The translations under genes and the position numbers were made by a program. A DNA stretch of 64,000 nt from an uncultured bacterium (GTDB lineage Bacteria > Bacillota > Clostridia > Lachnospirales > Lachnospiraceae), in NCBI GenBank assembly GCA_947651225.1, contig CANSYK010000007.1, forward strand, positions 6,784-70,783, read 5' to 3'. Within the stretch, counting starts at the first letter, position 1; the number at the start of each line of letters is the position of its first letter. Shown in pieces: positions 1-7,928 of this stretch. The notes under the pieces were generated by a model that worked only from the letters and a program-made list of their open reading frames with translations, had not been told where the DNA came from and did not search any database.

Positions 1-698
1 CGGTAACCCGTCATTGCCTTTTTCATTTTTTTCATACTGCTGCCCTTCCGCCAACCCGGTATATCATGGTCTGCAAAAACACATGACTGAACCTTGGAAG
101 AACTTTCTGTAAAAGCCTTTTCATTATTGATAAAATACATATTTCCATTTAACGCATAAGCCAGCACATCCACCTCCCCATCCTCTGACACATTCTTGTT
201 AAAGTCCCAAATCGGCTCATAGGCAGGCAGATATCCAACCACCTTATATTTCTCACCATTCAAAGAAACCATATCCCCCATTTTATAACGCTGACGCAGC
301 ATCTCGCCATATAAAATCACTTCATTTTCCCCATCTTCAAAAGACAATTCCCTTCCTCTTACATGAAAAAGAAAATGCCTGCCAATAAAAGAATCCACGG
401 CAAAACAAGCATTGCTATTCCTGGTATCATCATTGTTGACAATAGCCATACGCGTATATCCCGCATGCTCTCCCCGTCTACTATCCTTACAATCCCATCC
501 ACTGCCTTCTCCCACAGCATTCGGAGTATAAAGCATCAAAGAATCCTCTAAGGTATGGATATAAGAAAGCTCTGTCCCGATGATAATATATTCATCCAGA
601 TACATTCCTGTAAAGAAAAAAAGAAACAAAAACAAAACTGCTGTTATAATATAACAGACTATATTTTCTTTTACAAAAAAATACATTATCTTTAACAT
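1..698 (-). CDS. FtsX/MacB-type ABC permease piece (N-terminal TM helix plus extracytoplasmic domain); 3' end runs off the window
   Basis: Not in the ORF track because it is edge-truncated. My own translation starts at ATG 698..696, preceded by AAGGGTGG: MLKIMYFFVKENIVCYIITAVLFLFLFFFTG... A soluble domain follows, containing GDMVSLNGEKYKVVGYL, which is typical of MacB/FtsX extracytoplasmic domains. Confidence 0.45.
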   Translation of the reverse strand, partial: MLKIMYFFVKENIVCYIITAVLFLFLFFFTGMYLDEYIIIGTELSYIHTLEDSLMLYTPNAVGEGSGWDCKDSRRGEHAGYTRMAIVNNDDTRNSNACFAVDSFIGRHFLFHVRGRELSFEDGENEVILYGEMLRQRYKMGDMVSLNGEKYKVVGYLPAYEPIWDFNKNVSEDGEVDVLAYALNGNMYFINNEKAFTESSSKVQSCVFADHDIPGWRKGSSMKKMKKAMTGY

Positions 699-746
699 AA
701 AAGCCTACCACCCTTTCAGCCTGCAATTTTAACAATATTAGTTTTT

Positions 747-1247
747 CTAAGGAACTGAATTTCTTAATAAAAAACGAAAATACCGCCTGATTACTGTGTA
801 CATAAAAACCAGCTGCAAGAGCAGCAGTATGGCAAATCCGCTTCCCACACTGCAAACCGTCCATAAAACCTGCGCTGAACAGATATAGAAAATCGTGCTC
901 CCAACAACATACATCAACAAATACCACAAAATAAACATCTTAGAAAACATATAATACAATTCCTGTGCTGTCTGCCCACATAAAATAAGCACGCAAAACT
1001 CTTTTGCACAGTTTTTTAACCATTCCCAGATCAACAGATACAAAATAGTCAGCAGCATAACCAGAAAAGACAGGTACAATAATATAACCGTTAACTGCCT
1101 TGCCATACCAGACACCTTTCCCGAAAATATCCGATATAGGCTTATCTCTGTATATAAGACACTTAAAAGCATCCCAAAAATTGTCAACAGAAAACAGGAA
1201 CACTTTGAACATAGTATTTTTTTAACGATTTTATAAATATTATGCAT
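747..1247 (-). CDS. FtsX-domain membrane protein (4 TM), possibly the first half of a split BceB-like permease
   Basis: 166-aa ORF with four hydrophobic helices. It has a KEFCVLILCGQTAQELYYMF loop resembling the FtsX K/R-E-[IV]-G-[IV]-L-[KR]-x-x-G motif. It is in the same frame as the next ORF but separated from it by three stop codons. Confidence 0.45.
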   Translation of the reverse strand: MHNIYKIVKKILCSKCSCFLLTIFGMLLSVLYTEISLYRIFSGKVSGMARQLTVILLYLSFLVMLLTILYLLIWEWLKNCAKEFCVLILCGQTAQELYYMFSKMFILWYLLMYVVGSTIFYICSAQVLWTVCSVGSGFAILLLLQLVFMYTVIRRYFRFLLRNSVP

Positions 1248-1252
1248 AACTT

Positions 1253-1885
1253 TTATTCTCTTTCTGTAGCAATTTCTTTGTTATTGCCTTTTTTATACAC
1301 TAAACTATAATATAATTTGTGAAATTTTTCTACCTTTCGAAGCACACAAATTGCCCCTGTTGCAACAATTACACCAACTGAATTTAAAATAAAATCATCA
1401 ATGTCACATACTCTATTTGCATAACCTGTCAACAAATCAATACAAAACTGTGCTAGTTCAATCCCAAGCGATATCATACTCCCATAAAGGGCTATCTTCT
1501 TCATTGATATCCTGTCTATCAGTAAATAAAGAAAACATGGCATAGGCATTAACATAATTATATTTCCTGCCATCTGATAAATATTACCTTCTGTCAAATA
1601 TTTACATATTGAACGAAACGGAATCAGCTGAGAATATATTTTCCATGATTGTCTGGCAGATGAACCATAAAATTCAATTAATTCCTTTTTGCCATAAATA
1701 AATATCGGTAACATTGTATAATCTATCAAAGCAAGCAAATAAAACACAAATACCGGATAAATCCAGTATCTTCTTCTTTGCCTTTCCCCAAAAATAAAAT
1801 ATTTAACAATATAAATCATCATAGACACTATAAAAAATAACAATAAAAAATCATGATTATCTAAAGCGATAATAGTAACATCCAC
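1253..1885 (-). CDS. VanZ-like family membrane protein
   Basis: 210-aa polytopic ORF. Its C-terminal GIELAQFCIDLL...NRVCDIDDFILNSVGVIVA matches the VanZ E-x-x-Q ... R-x-x-D-x-x-D-x-x-x-N-x-x-G pattern. Confidence 0.65.
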   Translation of the reverse strand: MDVTIIALDNHDFLLLFFIVSMMIYIVKYFIFGERQRRRYWIYPVFVFYLLALIDYTMLPIFIYGKKELIEFYGSSARQSWKIYSQLIPFRSICKYLTEGNIYQMAGNIIMLMPMPCFLYLLIDRISMKKIALYGSMISLGIELAQFCIDLLTGYANRVCDIDDFILNSVGVIVATGAICVLRKVEKFHKLYYSLVYKKGNNKEIATERE

Positions 1886-2087
1886 TATAATTATCCTCCT
1901 ATATAAAAACTAAAACAACTCTGATACCTCAATGTTACGATATATCAGAGTCATTAAAAATCTGCGCCAAAAAAGCTAATTGAGATAACAAAATCACCAC
2001 TAACACGTGGCTACTACCAGTTTCACCTTCAACTTCTGTAAATATAGAAATTAGCCAAAACTATAATATGATAGCTATTAAAAATTT

Positions 2088-2361
2088 TTATTCCCAATAC
2101 AAATCAAAAACTCCTTCCCATGTATCTACTTCTGTCGGATTATCAAAAAACACGCCATCAATTGTTTCCTTCTCATTCCATTTTACTGAAAATTTATTTG
2201 TTGAAGGGCCTTTACCTATTAGTTCGTCGGCAGACCAAATTCCTAAAAAGTTTTTACATGCTGTATAAATATACATATTTACACCAGGTGTCCCATGATA
2301 ACATGATGTTGGCCATACAAGCCAACAAACCTACAAATTTTTTAACTATATATTTTTTCAT
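2088..2361 (-). pseudogene. Small lipoprotein-like gene broken by a frameshift
   Basis: ATG 2361..2359 follows GTGAGG and gives MKKYIVKKFVGLLAC... (lipobox-like), then stops after 35 aa. The 62-aa track ORF 2088..2276 continues in another frame and is open upstream to 2331 with no start codon. Confidence 0.3.
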
Positions 2362-2530
2362 TTTATGCCTCACTTTCAACATGTTGAATTCTCCGGTTTC
2401 TTATATAATTTATCCCCCAAAAAACATTTTAGCTGAACTGTGTCATATGCCTTTTGAAAATATATTTTAGTAATTCTGTCTAATGCTCTTTTGTAATATT
2501 TGTGTTATAATAACTTTGGCTTTTATTTAC

Positions 2531-2578
2531 AGCGTTCTTTTCACAAATAATATCTCTTATTTGAAAAGAACGCTTTTT
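2531..2578 (+). terminator. Conserved hairpin, copy A (13-bp stem AGCGTTCTTTTCA/TGAAAAGAACGCT) with a T-run on the + strand
   Basis: Perfect inverted repeat 2531..2543 / 2562..2574, followed by TTTTT. Its minus-strand 5' arm is the 3' end of the 22-aa uORF. Confidence 0.5.
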
Positions 2579-2625
2579 ACAATTTTTTCTCTGTAAATAT
2601 TTCCAATACTATCCCTATAATACAT
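2557..2625 (-). CDS. 22-aa upstream ORF (candidate leader peptide), copy A: MYYRDSIGNIYREKIVKSVLFK
   Basis: The ATG is preceded by GGGAGGTGAGAGA (strong SD). It lies about 45 nt downstream of a TTGACA-17-TATTAT promoter. The ORF is conserved in all three cassette copies. Confidence 0.45.
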   Translation of the reverse strand: MYYRDSIGNIYREKIVKSVLFK

Positions 2626-2669
2626 TCTCTCACCTCCCTCCCCATATAAACATTTCATCATTTTGCAAC

Positions 2670-2698
2670 ATAATATGACCATAAAGCTAATTTGTCAA
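2670..2698 (-). promoter_or_regulatory. SigmaA-type promoter (TTGACA-17 nt-TATTAT) driving uORF copy A
   Basis: Read on the minus strand: -35 at 2693..2698, -10 at 2670..2675. Confidence 0.55.
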
Positions 2699-2763
2699 TA
2701 CAAAAATATCAATGTTTTTTTTTTTAACATTATCAACTTATATTAAAATATATAATTTTAATC

Positions 2764-2791
2764 TTGCATTTTAATTACTTTGTGTTATAAT
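2764..2791 (+). promoter_or_regulatory. Promoter of blaI-like copy 1 (TTGCAT-16 nt-TGtTATAAT)
   Basis: -35 at 2764..2769 and -10 at 2786..2791, with TG two nt upstream. An ACTATAGT palindrome lies in the 5' UTR at 2812..2819. Confidence 0.55.
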
Positions 2792-2870
2792 ACTTAATAA
2801 AAAATTATACCACTATAGTATAATGCACTTTCCTAATAAGTAAAAATATTTAATAGAAATGGAGCAATGA

Positions 2871-3257
2871 ATGAAAACAAAAAAATTGACAAAGAACCAG
2901 TTAGATATTATGAAGGTTTTATGGAAAAGCGAAAAAGCATTATCTGCATCTGATATTGCGAAAAACAACCCTTCCCTGAACCTCAACACCATCCGTTCCT
3001 GTTTACAGACAATGTTAAAAAACGGTGTAATTGTCGTGGATGATGTTGTATACAGCGGAACTGTTTTATCACGCAGCTATAAACCCGTACTTACTGCCGA
3101 AAAATATATTGCAGACAATTTTTCAGGAGTGACAAAAACCTTTTCTGCTCCTGCAATCATTGCAAATCTGATTGAAGAGGAAGACAATCTGGAAATCATT
3201 GATGAAATAGAAACTTTATTACAAAAGCGTAAAAGGGAAATCAGGGAGGGAAACTAA
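2871..3257 (+). CDS. BlaI/MecI/CopY-family winged-helix repressor, copy 1
   Basis: 128 aa. The N-terminal LTKNQLDIMKVLW...SASDI...LNTIRSCLQTMLKNG winged-helix region and C-terminal dimerisation helix fit the Penicillinase_R family. The stop overlaps the start of the M56 gene (TAAATG). Confidence 0.85.
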   Translation: MKTKKLTKNQLDIMKVLWKSEKALSASDIAKNNPSLNLNTIRSCLQTMLKNGVIVVDDVVYSGTVLSRSYKPVLTAEKYIADNFSGVTKTFSAPAIIANLIEEEDNLEIIDEIETLLQKRKREIREGN

Positions 3258-4254
3258 ATGAGCAAACCATCGTATGGCTCTGTTTCAAACTGTATTGTAG
3301 TCACAAGTTTTCTTATGGCATATTTGCTGATTCTGAATAAGAAAAAGAATTTTATACTGAAATACGGGACAGGTACTTTTCTTGCACTGGCTCTTTTTTT
3401 GATTCTGCGTACACTCCTGCCTTATAACTTTCTTTTTTCACATAATATACTTTCAAAAAAGATTCTTCCTCCATTCTTTGACGTTATTACGTACAAACTA
3501 TTTGGATTATTCTCCCTTATGGATATCTTTGTCTGTACATGGATTTCAGGATTCCTGATCCAATTGGTACAGCTTACCGTAGACCAATACCGGTCTGTTC
3601 CATCCATCCATCTTACTGCCGGATATGAACTTTTCCGAAAAGGAAGCAAAGTACATAATAAAACATGAACTGGAACACTTTTACCACCATGATTTATGGA
3701 TTCGTTTCTTTTGTGAATTCATGGTCTGTATGTACTGGTGGAATCCGCTGGCATATCAGATGAAACGCCAGGTAACAGAGGCTCTGGAATTTTCCAATGA
3801 TTTTTCTATCACAAAGGAAATAGGGGAACTTGAAAAATTAGATTATTTAGACTGTCTGTTAAAGGTTGCCAAAAACCGGCCATACTCTCCGAAAACACCT
3901 TCCCTATACTTTTCAGAGAATGATGCTTCCATGCTAAAACAGAGAACTCTTTTTGTTCTATATCATAAGCATACCAAAAAAGATAAAGCCAATTTTGTAC
4001 ATTTTGCTGCTATTGCTGCCATTATACTGTTATCATTTCTGTTTGTAGTAGAACCCAGTTCTACCCCACAGGAAATCTTAGATACCACAATGTCATTAGA
4101 TATTGACCACACATTTTTTATTGTAAATGGACAGGGCTATAATGTTTATTTCCACAATCAATATATTGCACCAATAGATACCCTAAATTCATTTCCCGGC
4201 TATACTGTATACAAAAACAAGGAGGGGGCAAAACAATATGAAGAGATTAAATAA
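3258..4254 (+). pseudogene. BlaR1/MecR1-type M56 metalloprotease sensor, disrupted copy (137-bp deletion and frameshift)
   Basis: Track ORFs 3258..3668 and 3625..4254 together match the intact 377-aa paralog at 13515..14648, minus 137 nt lost between two TACCGGT repeats. The HELEH zinc motif is retained in the second ORF. Confidence 0.8.
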
Positions 4255-4300
4255 ATTAACAATATTATTTTCTTTAAACCAAAATTTATTCTTACTATAA
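4238..4300 (+). pseudogene. Truncated remnant of the 77-aa exported-peptide gene
   Basis: It has the same ATGAAGAGATTAAATAAATTAACA start as 14632. It then jumps to sequence equivalent to 14951 onward. Relative to copy 3, 285 bp are missing between two ATTATTTT repeats. Confidence 0.5.
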
Positions 4301-4495
4301 TATTTCAAGAAGCTATCCTTTCTAAAGATAGTTCCCCTTTTCAATCCATTCTAATTTAAAGACCGACTTGGTATTCTTAAATCGTATATTTATCTCGTGT
4401 TTTAACACACAGAACTTAAGAAACTGCAAGTAATGTGACAAAAAAGCCCATTATTGACCGTTTCTAAAAAATACGAAAGAAGCGAGGTCTTTTAT

Positions 4496-4825
4496 ATGAA
4501 TTTAAAACAAGTTGGCAAAAATGTGAAAGCATGCAGAAAAGAACATCACCTTACACAGGGCCAGTTAGCAGAGCTGGCAGAAGTTTCCGTAAACCACATA
4601 TCACACATTGAAAATGGTTCAGTTGCCATGTCTTTAGAATCCCTGCTTTCGATTTGTCGTGCTTTAAATGCAACACCAAATGACATTTTATTAGGAGAAT
4701 ACTTATATCCTGATGTGGATGATATGCTTTTTAAGGAGCCTTCCAACCATCTGAATTTTGATGACAAAATCCTTCTCCAGAAAATTTTTCAATATATGGA
4801 GGAACGCCGGCAAACTGAAGAATAG
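4496..4825 (+). CDS. XRE-family helix-turn-helix regulator, copy 1
   Basis: MNLKQVGKNVKACRKEHHLTQGQLAELAEVSVNHISHIENG is a canonical HTH_3 motif. A GAGG RBS lies 9 nt upstream of this ATG. The longer TTG start in the track is unlikely. Confidence 0.8.
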   Translation: MNLKQVGKNVKACRKEHHLTQGQLAELAEVSVNHISHIENGSVAMSLESLLSICRALNATPNDILLGEYLYPDVDDMLFKEPSNHLNFDDKILLQKIFQYMEERRQTEE

Positions 4826-4833
4826 AAAGGTTA

Positions 4834-5020
4834 CTATTCACGGCTGTTTTTAGAAAATAGTCAAACTCGTTGTGCTTGCACATAAGAGGGTGATTATTTT
4901 CTAAAAACAGCGTGTAGGCTGTTCTAAACATCATAAGGAAAACAAAAGCTGCTGTTTTTGCAGCGCCAGACGGCATAGCCGGATGGTTTTTCGCATGATG
5001 TTTAGAATAGCCGTGAATAG
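4834..5020. repeat. 187-nt nested inverted-repeat element (three long helices) between convergent genes
   Basis: Outer pair: CTATTCACGGCT 4834..4845 with AGCCGTGAATAG 5009..5020. Inner perfect 13-bp pair: 4846..4858 with 4896..4908. A 17-bp pair with one G-T: 4918..4934 with 4995..5011. A solo left end occurs again at 58544..58555. Confidence 0.6.
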
Positions 5021-5073
5021 CAACATAGAAAGAACAAGCTAAACTGCCCACTGTGAAAAACAAAAAACTATAT

Positions 5074-5943
5074 CTATTCCATCAAATACAGATACACATC
5101 CTCCAGATTAGGGCGTGCCTTACACACTTCCCCACAAGGCGGATATCCATCCGATACAAGGTACAGGGCAGCCTTTTCTGGTGTCAGCATAATATTTGTA
5201 ATCTTATCCTCTGACTTTTCATAATACTGCTGTTCCTCCTGTGTCACTAACACCTCAAACACCCTGCCTTCCATGTCTTCCAGCAGCTTTTGGGGAGTCC
5301 CCTGTGCCACGACCTCACCTGACTTCATAAAAAGAAGTTCTTTAGAAATATACTCAACATCAGAAACCACATGCGTTGCCAAAATCACAATTTTATCTTT
5401 TGAAATCTCACTGATAAAATTCCGGATACGGATGCGCTCCTTCGGATCAAGTCCCGCTGTCGGCTCATCCATAATCAGTATTTTAGGATTATTAAGCAGC
5501 GCCTGCGCAATCAGGATACGCTGTTTCATCCCGCCAGAATAATGCTTTAGCTTTTTATGCTTATCCTGTTTCAGGTTCACAACATCCAAAAGCTCCCCAA
5601 CCGCCTCTTTTGCCTCTCTTTTCTTTAACCCCTTCAAAGCTGCCATATACCACAAAAACCTTTCCCTAGTAAAATCTTCGTAAACCCCCTGCTGCTGCGG
5701 CATATATCCAAGTAACCCCCTATAATCCGCTCCCAGCTTTCCAATTTCTGTCCCATCCAGTAAAATTTTCCCGCTGTCTGGTTCCAGATTCTCCGTAATC
5801 ATATTCATCAACGTGCTTTTTCCAGCCCCATTTGGTCCTAACAGTCCATAAACACCCGGCGTAAAACTGACATTAAAATCTTTTACCGCATAGGTTTTTC
5901 CTTTATTATAACTTTTCTTAATCCCCTCTAATACAAGTTCCAT
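5074..5943 (-). CDS. ABC transporter ATP-binding protein (ABC-2 exporter type)
   Basis: Walker A GPNGAGKST, signature YSGGMKQR and Walker B LIMDEPTAGLD. The start is placed at MELVLEGIKKSY. Confidence 0.85.
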   Translation of the reverse strand: MELVLEGIKKSYNKGKTYAVKDFNVSFTPGVYGLLGPNGAGKSTLMNMITENLEPDSGKILLDGTEIGKLGADYRGLLGYMPQQQGVYEDFTRERFLWYMAALKGLKKREAKEAVGELLDVVNLKQDKHKKLKHYSGGMKQRILIAQALLNNPKILIMDEPTAGLDPKERIRIRNFISEISKDKIVILATHVVSDVEYISKELLFMKSGEVVAQGTPQKLLEDMEGRVFEVLVTQEEQQYYEKSEDKITNIMLTPEKAALYLVSDGYPPCGEVCKARPNLEDVYLYLME

Positions 5944-6009
5944 ATACACACACCCTTTCTTCGCTGCCTGTGGCATAAGCCATTGCTTTCGCAGCTTTTC
6001 GCAACACTG

Positions 6010-7710
6010 CTATAACAGATAAATGAATAACATATTGATATCCCATCCAAAATGGTACAATACCATAGCAATCACACCTGCACATCCAACTCCGGCAAAT
6101 ATAGCAGGCAGTTCCCCTTTTATTGTTTTTGACAATTTTATCCCTGCAAAGCAAATTGCAAAAAAGCTCAATGCCTTTAGCAGAAATAGTAATGCAATCA
6201 TGCATCCCAGAGGCATACTGACAGAAAATGCCACGTTTGTAATATCACAAAGCTTCTGCCCGGCAGTAGAAAAACCATCAATCTTAGCATAGCGCAGAAA
6301 AAGGGGAAGTTCCATCACCAAAAACAAAATCCCTGTACATACTGACACACAACAGGCTCTGCTCCGGTTTAGCCGTTTCCTCCCATTTCGTGTTGAACGA
6401 AGCAGGTTTTGCATCTTCTTTTTTTCATCCAATGCATAGATTCCACTAATCAAGTATATAATCATTGCCGCCCCAAAAAACCACAATGTAATATCCGTTT
6501 TGGTATCCTGCCACAAATCCCCATATGCCATCTCATCCAACAGATATTTTTCTTTTATGTCCCCTTTCTTTTCCTGCAGCTTTTCAAGCTGCTCCTGAAC
6601 CAGTGAAAACGCCTCTTCATAACGCTCCAGTTCTGCCATAATCATAATCCTTCTTGTTTCATCTGCATCAGAAGTACCGTCAATCTGCGTCAGCTCATCC
6701 CATTTTTTCTGCAGGGACTCCTCTTCCTCTTCCATAAATGAAAATGTTTCCTCCGTAACAAGCCCCCGAAGCCTTCCCATATAATAATGGTAGGAGGCCT
6801 CCCTCGCCGTAGCATAATATTCCTGCCCATACACACCATGGATTTCATAGATTCCCCAGATAAATAAAAGGGCAAGTACAATCCCCTTTTTCTGCTGCAC
6901 TAATATTTTATAAAATTCATAATAAAGCAGCCCTGTATGCCTTCCCAAAAAACCTGTCCTGCCACGCAGCCACTGAAGAAAAACTTCAATCCTTCCGTCA
7001 GTCCTTATCTGGCAGGTTTTATGAAATGCAAAAATTCCCACAGCGCCAAGAACAGGCACAAGCAAACCTGCCACAAACCCGGCACAAAGATTCTTCCCCA
7101 CCGGATATCCCAGAATATTCAGGTTATAATACTCCCCCAAAAGTTGCCTTATGTCCCAGCAGTAAAATGGATTCACGCATTTTACTCCCCCAAAGGAACC
7201 ACTGATGGAAAAAAAATGGCTGATACTATATTCTGTCCCAAGCAGAATTCCTGCCAGTGCCGCCGCCGTAAACTCATTTTTAATAAGCATCCCAATACAA
7301 AACAATACGCATGCAAACAACACTGCTATCACAGCACGCACCAAAATCGATACAACAAGCATCTTGCCGACTGACAAAGAATAGATACAGTTGCGGAATA
7401 TAGAAAGGGACTGGACTGCCCTCCCCAAATTTCCATAACCATACATCCACCCCAAAAGCAAAACAGCGCTTCCTTCTATTAAAACAGTATAAAAAAATGC
7501 CCCCAAAACCATTACTGAAAGCTTTGCAGCCGCCAATGGCATGTGCCCTTTCCGGCTTCCCTTTAACAGCAAAATAAGGCTCATATCCCTTTCATAAAAA
7601 AGAACATAATAGGTAAGAACAGCAAGAAATACCAATACAAACAGCACACTGCCATTATAGTATACCAATGCATTCAGCCCAAAGCAGCTTCCTGCCTCTC
7701 CTTGTCCCAT
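6010..7710 (-). CDS. ABC exporter permease with a central coiled-coil/acidic soluble domain (probably lacks its first TM, see 7674..7928)
   Basis: 566-aa polytopic ORF immediately upstream of the ATPase gene. TM clusters lie at both ends, with an EEEEESLQKKWDEL...EQLEKLQEKK segment in the middle. Confidence 0.6.
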   Translation of the reverse strand: MGQGEAGSCFGLNALVYYNGSVLFVLVFLAVLTYYVLFYERDMSLILLLKGSRKGHMPLAAAKLSVMVLGAFFYTVLIEGSAVLLLGWMYGYGNLGRAVQSLSIFRNCIYSLSVGKMLVVSILVRAVIAVLFACVLFCIGMLIKNEFTAAALAGILLGTEYSISHFFSISGSFGGVKCVNPFYCWDIRQLLGEYYNLNILGYPVGKNLCAGFVAGLLVPVLGAVGIFAFHKTCQIRTDGRIEVFLQWLRGRTGFLGRHTGLLYYEFYKILVQQKKGIVLALLFIWGIYEIHGVYGQEYYATAREASYHYYMGRLRGLVTEETFSFMEEEEESLQKKWDELTQIDGTSDADETRRIMIMAELERYEEAFSLVQEQLEKLQEKKGDIKEKYLLDEMAYGDLWQDTKTDITLWFFGAAMIIYLISGIYALDEKKKMQNLLRSTRNGRKRLNRSRACCVSVCTGILFLVMELPLFLRYAKIDGFSTAGQKLCDITNVAFSVSMPLGCMIALLFLLKALSFFAICFAGIKLSKTIKGELPAIFAGVGCAGVIAMVLYHFGWDINMLFIYLL

Positions 7711-7928
7711 TTATAATATTCCTCTATATCTGCGGTCTCGTCCCCCTGCAAATACGCCTCATACCGTTCCCGCTGCTCATGTCCATAAAAGAAACGGTCT
7801 GTATTTTTTTCATAGGCATATAGTGTCAAAAGGTTTCCTGCCAATAGAAGAACGGAAAATACGATAAATAATTTCTTTTTCCCTAATTTAATCCATTCAT
7901 ATTTTAAAACTTCCATATCATCAACCAT
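7674..7928 (-). CDS. 84-aa single-TM protein; likely the N-terminal segment of the permease, separated by a -1 frame change
   Basis: MEVLKYEWIKLGKKKLFIVFSVLLLAGNLL resembles an ABC-2 permease N-terminus. It overlaps the 566-aa ORF by 37 nt. Its start overlaps the lipoprotein stop (TAATG). Confidence 0.5.
   Translation of the reverse strand: MVDDMEVLKYEWIKLGKKKLFIVFSVLLLAGNLLTLYAYEKNTDRFFYGHEQRERYEAYLQGDETADIEEYYKWDKERQEAALG

Noticed and set aside
2809-2820. The ACTATAGT palindrome in each blaI 5' UTR, or TTTACA-N10-TGTAAA in the uORF, as the BlaI operator
   Set aside because: Neither fits the characterised TTACA-N2-TGTAA dyad spacing of the S. aureus and B. licheniformis operators. They are recorded as candidates only. 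The assignment to BlaI or to the XRE protein cannot be made from sequence.
4731-5063. 110-aa minus-strand ORF between the XRE and ABC genes
   Set aside because: It spans the nested inverted-repeat element. It has no RBS, and its reading frame is a by-product of the palindromic DNA.
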